NCBI RefSeq assembly: GCF_021869535.1 | Contig: NW_026262679.1 | Span: 72,602,001 to 72,666,000, forward strand | Source: Mytilus californianus | Taxonomy: Eukaryota | DNA length: 64,000 nt | Reading direction: 5' to 3' | Shown here: one piece after another, positions 63,865-64,000 of the stretch | Position numbering within the stretch: position 1 is the first letter of the stretch | Layout of the letters: each line of letters starts with the position of its first letter | Made by a program: the position numbers and the translations under genes | The notes under the pieces: generated by a model | What the model was told of the DNA's origin: nothing | Seen by the model: only the letters and a program-made list of their open reading frames with translations | Databases searched by the model: none

Positions 63865-63913
63865 GTATGTCAAACACGTTTTTCATCTTCAAAAGACTCA
63901 TCAGTGACCCTCG
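63865..63913 (-). ncRNA. Type I hammerhead ribozyme motif (partly degenerate) in retrozyme-type repeat 63835-64000
   Basis: Minus strand: GGGUCA-CUGAUGA-GUC-uuuugaa-GAU-GAAA-AACGU-GUU-UGACAU. Both core boxes are intact and stem I GUCA/UGAC pairs; stem III base pair A15.2-G16.2 is mismatched. Confidence 0.6.
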
Positions 63914-64000
63914 AATTAAAAGAGTTAAAAGGCCAAATAAAGTTTGAAGTTAAAGGGCATTGAGGACCTAAAATTCCAAAAAGTTTTGCCAAATTCATCA

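Noticed and set aside
63433-63963. 176-aa plus-strand ORF
   Set aside because: Lies in an NCAPH intron, runs through unrelated repeat fragments including the antisense hammerhead repeat, and shows no recognisable domain.

Overview
This is an AT-rich, intron-containing eukaryotic window. Its repeat landscape (Penelope-like RT, hammerhead retrozyme-type repeats, tRNA SINEs, Helentron-type HINEs) looks like a mussel-type bivalve, probably Mytilus; that assignment is inference. I reconstructed three spliced protein-coding genes by hand with consistent GT-AG phases. (1) A minus-strand SHARPIN/RBCK1(HOIL-1)-like gene (27640->17100) encodes a PH-like N-terminus, a repeat-expanded acidic linker and a LUBAC-tethering-motif helix, but appears to stop before any UBL/NZF domain; a chain of decayed exons follows it. 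(2) A minus-strand 5-coding-exon, 258-aa securin-like gene (42198->35407) has a KEN box, a D-box and a DIEHM pseudo-substrate-like motif; the ORF track shows only two of its exons, as separate fragments. (3) Head-to-head with it lies plus-strand NCAPH (condensin I kleisin, 11 coding exons, 52815->63066), continuing past the window end. The rest is intron/intergenic DNA packed with decayed retroelements and non-autonomous DNA transposons. The most interesting points are the likely unannotated securin paired with NCAPH, a duplicated 3' splice site in the securin gene, the truncated SHARPIN-like paralog, decayed hammerhead-ribozyme repeats, and tiny perfect palindromic elements.
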